Shown one piece after another: positions 61,445 through 64,000 of a stretch of DNA of 64,000 nt. The translations under genes were made by a program, and so were the position numbers. The DNA comes from the human T2T-CHM13v2.0 reference genome, Homo sapiens: the NCBI RefSeq assembly GCF_009914755.1, contig NC_060931.1; one strand, written 5' to 3'. How positions within the stretch are numbered: the stretch's first letter is position 1; every line of letters starts with the position of its first letter. The notes under the pieces were generated by a model. It saw nothing but the letters and a program-made list of their open reading frames with translations. It was not told the DNA's origin and did no database searches.

Positions 61445-61555
61445 GAATCATGGTTCTCTGAGTTTTCAGTGCAATTATATATAGGAAAATGTAATCTTAT
61501 AATTCAAGTAATATGCCTCACCTTCACAGGAATTATGCACCATGCTATCTTTCAG

Positions 61556-61783
61556 AATGTTCATTTGGTAGCCAAGTGGCTAGGAACCTTGGAGAAGCTC
61601 CTTGAAAGATTCAGCCAAGGAAGCCACAGAGATTACAGGGTTTTCATGAGTGCTGAGTCTGCACCTACACCAGATGAGCATATCATCCCTCAAGGACTCC
61701 TGGAAAATTCCATTAAGATCACTAATGAACCCCCAACAGGGATGCTGGCCAATTTGCATGCCGCCCTGTACAACTTTGATCAG
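61556..61783 (+). CDS. DNAH11: DNAH11 coding exon (~exon 74), AAA6: [17 protein letters not shown]...[23 protein letters not shown]
   Basis: atctttcag|AAT acceptor, CAG|gtaaga donor; 228 nt, phase 0 to 0. Confidence 0.95.
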
Positions 61784-62049
61784 GTAAGAAAGCGAAGCAG
61801 GCTAGGCAGACAATGAAGTCAGAGTCATCTCACAAGACTGTGGGGCCCAGAATCAACCCAGGCATGTCATTGAGAGGGATGAAGCAAGTTCTTAATGTTC
61901 GCATGTGGAAGGGTAGGGGTGGGCGTGTTTTAATCTCTTGAAAGAATTGCCCCTGTCATTTCCGATTCTAATGACCAGTAAATATATTTCAGTCTCACCC
62001 TAACATTAAGAAAACTTCAGCTACTGTGTAGGGAAAGCTAACTAGGTAA

Positions 62050-62408
<359 letters not shown>

Positions 62409-62613
62409 TAGTATCTCTGACCACAGAAAGAGAAGAAGCCATTGTTATTCTTGTTGATGATGGCGACAGTAATGACATGGTAAAAGTTTCAGTGTAGTGT
62501 TTTAGCCCGGTTTGATATGAGTAAATTTAAAGGCCTCTTTTTGGGTTATATCTATGACACCTTATTTATATGTTCATGTTTTTCCAAGATAAGACAAATG
62601 AATACTTACATGG

Positions 62614-62931
<318 letters not shown>

Positions 62932-63804
62932 AAATACATATATAAATTAATACATAAATACATACGTATATATACATATATATACACATATATATGATAT
63001 ATATATGATACCTTTATTACCATTACTCTTTTTACCCAAACTATCCTATCTATCAACATCATTGTCAAGTCTTTCAGTTTCCTTTCTTGCTATTGCTCTG
63101 AGATCTTCCTTCCTTCCTCTAATTTTTTGGAAATCCTTGGTAAATCGCATTCTTGTTAGGACAGTAGAATGAACCCTAAAGAGGAAATACATATGATTTG
63201 GTGATAAATATTCAGCCCCCTCTTAGAAATATCATTCTCTACGAAGCATGTTAACATCCTTAGCTTCTTTTCTCGTAACTTTTGGGTCAATACGTAAACC
63301 AACATTATGAAGGAATTATGATAATTGACTACCTAAGAATACAGTGTTGAAGAATGCAGTTAATTACTTCATTAAATAATTGAGTAATTTTTATCCTATA
63401 TATACACACAAGATTGTGTAAATAGTAGGACTCAAAAAATCTTTTTGAAACTATTAAGTATCTGCAATATGCCTTATTTAATCCACTATGACAGACATAT
63501 ATGTTTTTTAATCATCTCTTAATTTATAATTTCTGGCTATTTATGACATTTTCAAGCTATTTCCCAAAGTACATACAAAGAGGAATTTGATTTATTTAAA
63601 TAGGACTTATCTGCCCCCTAAAATAAGTATCTTTATTCATGAAAGTGAACATTTCATGAAAAAATATGCTTCAGCCCAATTATCCTTCAGCTTTTTTGTT
63701 CGTTTGTTTGTTTTGTTTTTTTGGTAAAGATCACTTCGAGAATCTCATAAAACTGTGGACACTCTCCCCAGGGAAATACACGTTCGAAAATATACTGCAC
63801 ATTG

Positions 63805-63963
63805 GGCCAGACACAGTGCCTCATGCCTACAATCCCAGCACTTTAGGAGGCTGAGAGGAGGATCACTTGAGCCCAGGAGTTCGAGGCTGCAGTGAGCTAT
63901 GATCACACCACTGTGCTTCAGCCTGGGCAACAGAGCGAGACACTGTCTCAAAAAATAATAATA
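63805..63963 (+). mobile_element. Alu monomer (FAM/FRAM-like)
   Basis: Single arm with gaggctgcagtgagctatgatc and an A-rich tail. Confidence 0.8.
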
Positions 63964-64000
63964 AGTGTTAAAAATATGTTGCATATAATGATAAAGATTC

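Overview
Primate (most likely human) genomic DNA lying entirely inside the axonemal dynein heavy chain gene DNAH11 on the + strand. Eleven GT-AG coding exons (4751-61783) splice into one stop-free 1,863-nt frame (621 aa) covering AAA5, the strut/buttress coiled coil and most of AAA6. From recalled RefSeq numbering these are about exons 64-74 (about c.10333-12195). The introns, including one of 24.2 kb, hold more than 25 Alus, old and young L1 fragments, L2/MIR, LTRs (MST, THE1, MLT1, MER41A, MER61) and DNA transposons (Tigger3, Tigger4, MER6, MER58, MER5A, MADE1). There is no prokaryote-type system, RNA gene or CRISPR array. The most unusual structure is a 425-bp L1 fragment at 20427-20851 that is circularly permuted relative to the L1 consensus, has no poly(A), is flanked by a perfect 17-bp duplication and fuses ORF2p in frame to ORF1p. 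This points to a circular or self-template-switching intermediate. Other leads are an RFX X-box/promoter-like cluster in the large intron, inverted Alus bracketing the two buttress exons, an AluSg/AluY chimera without TSD, an AG|GT recursive-type site before exon ~68, a GC3-outlier exon and an orphan 3'UTR-like insertion. Repeat subfamily names, exon numbers and variant names come from memory of consensus/reference sequences and were not verified by search.
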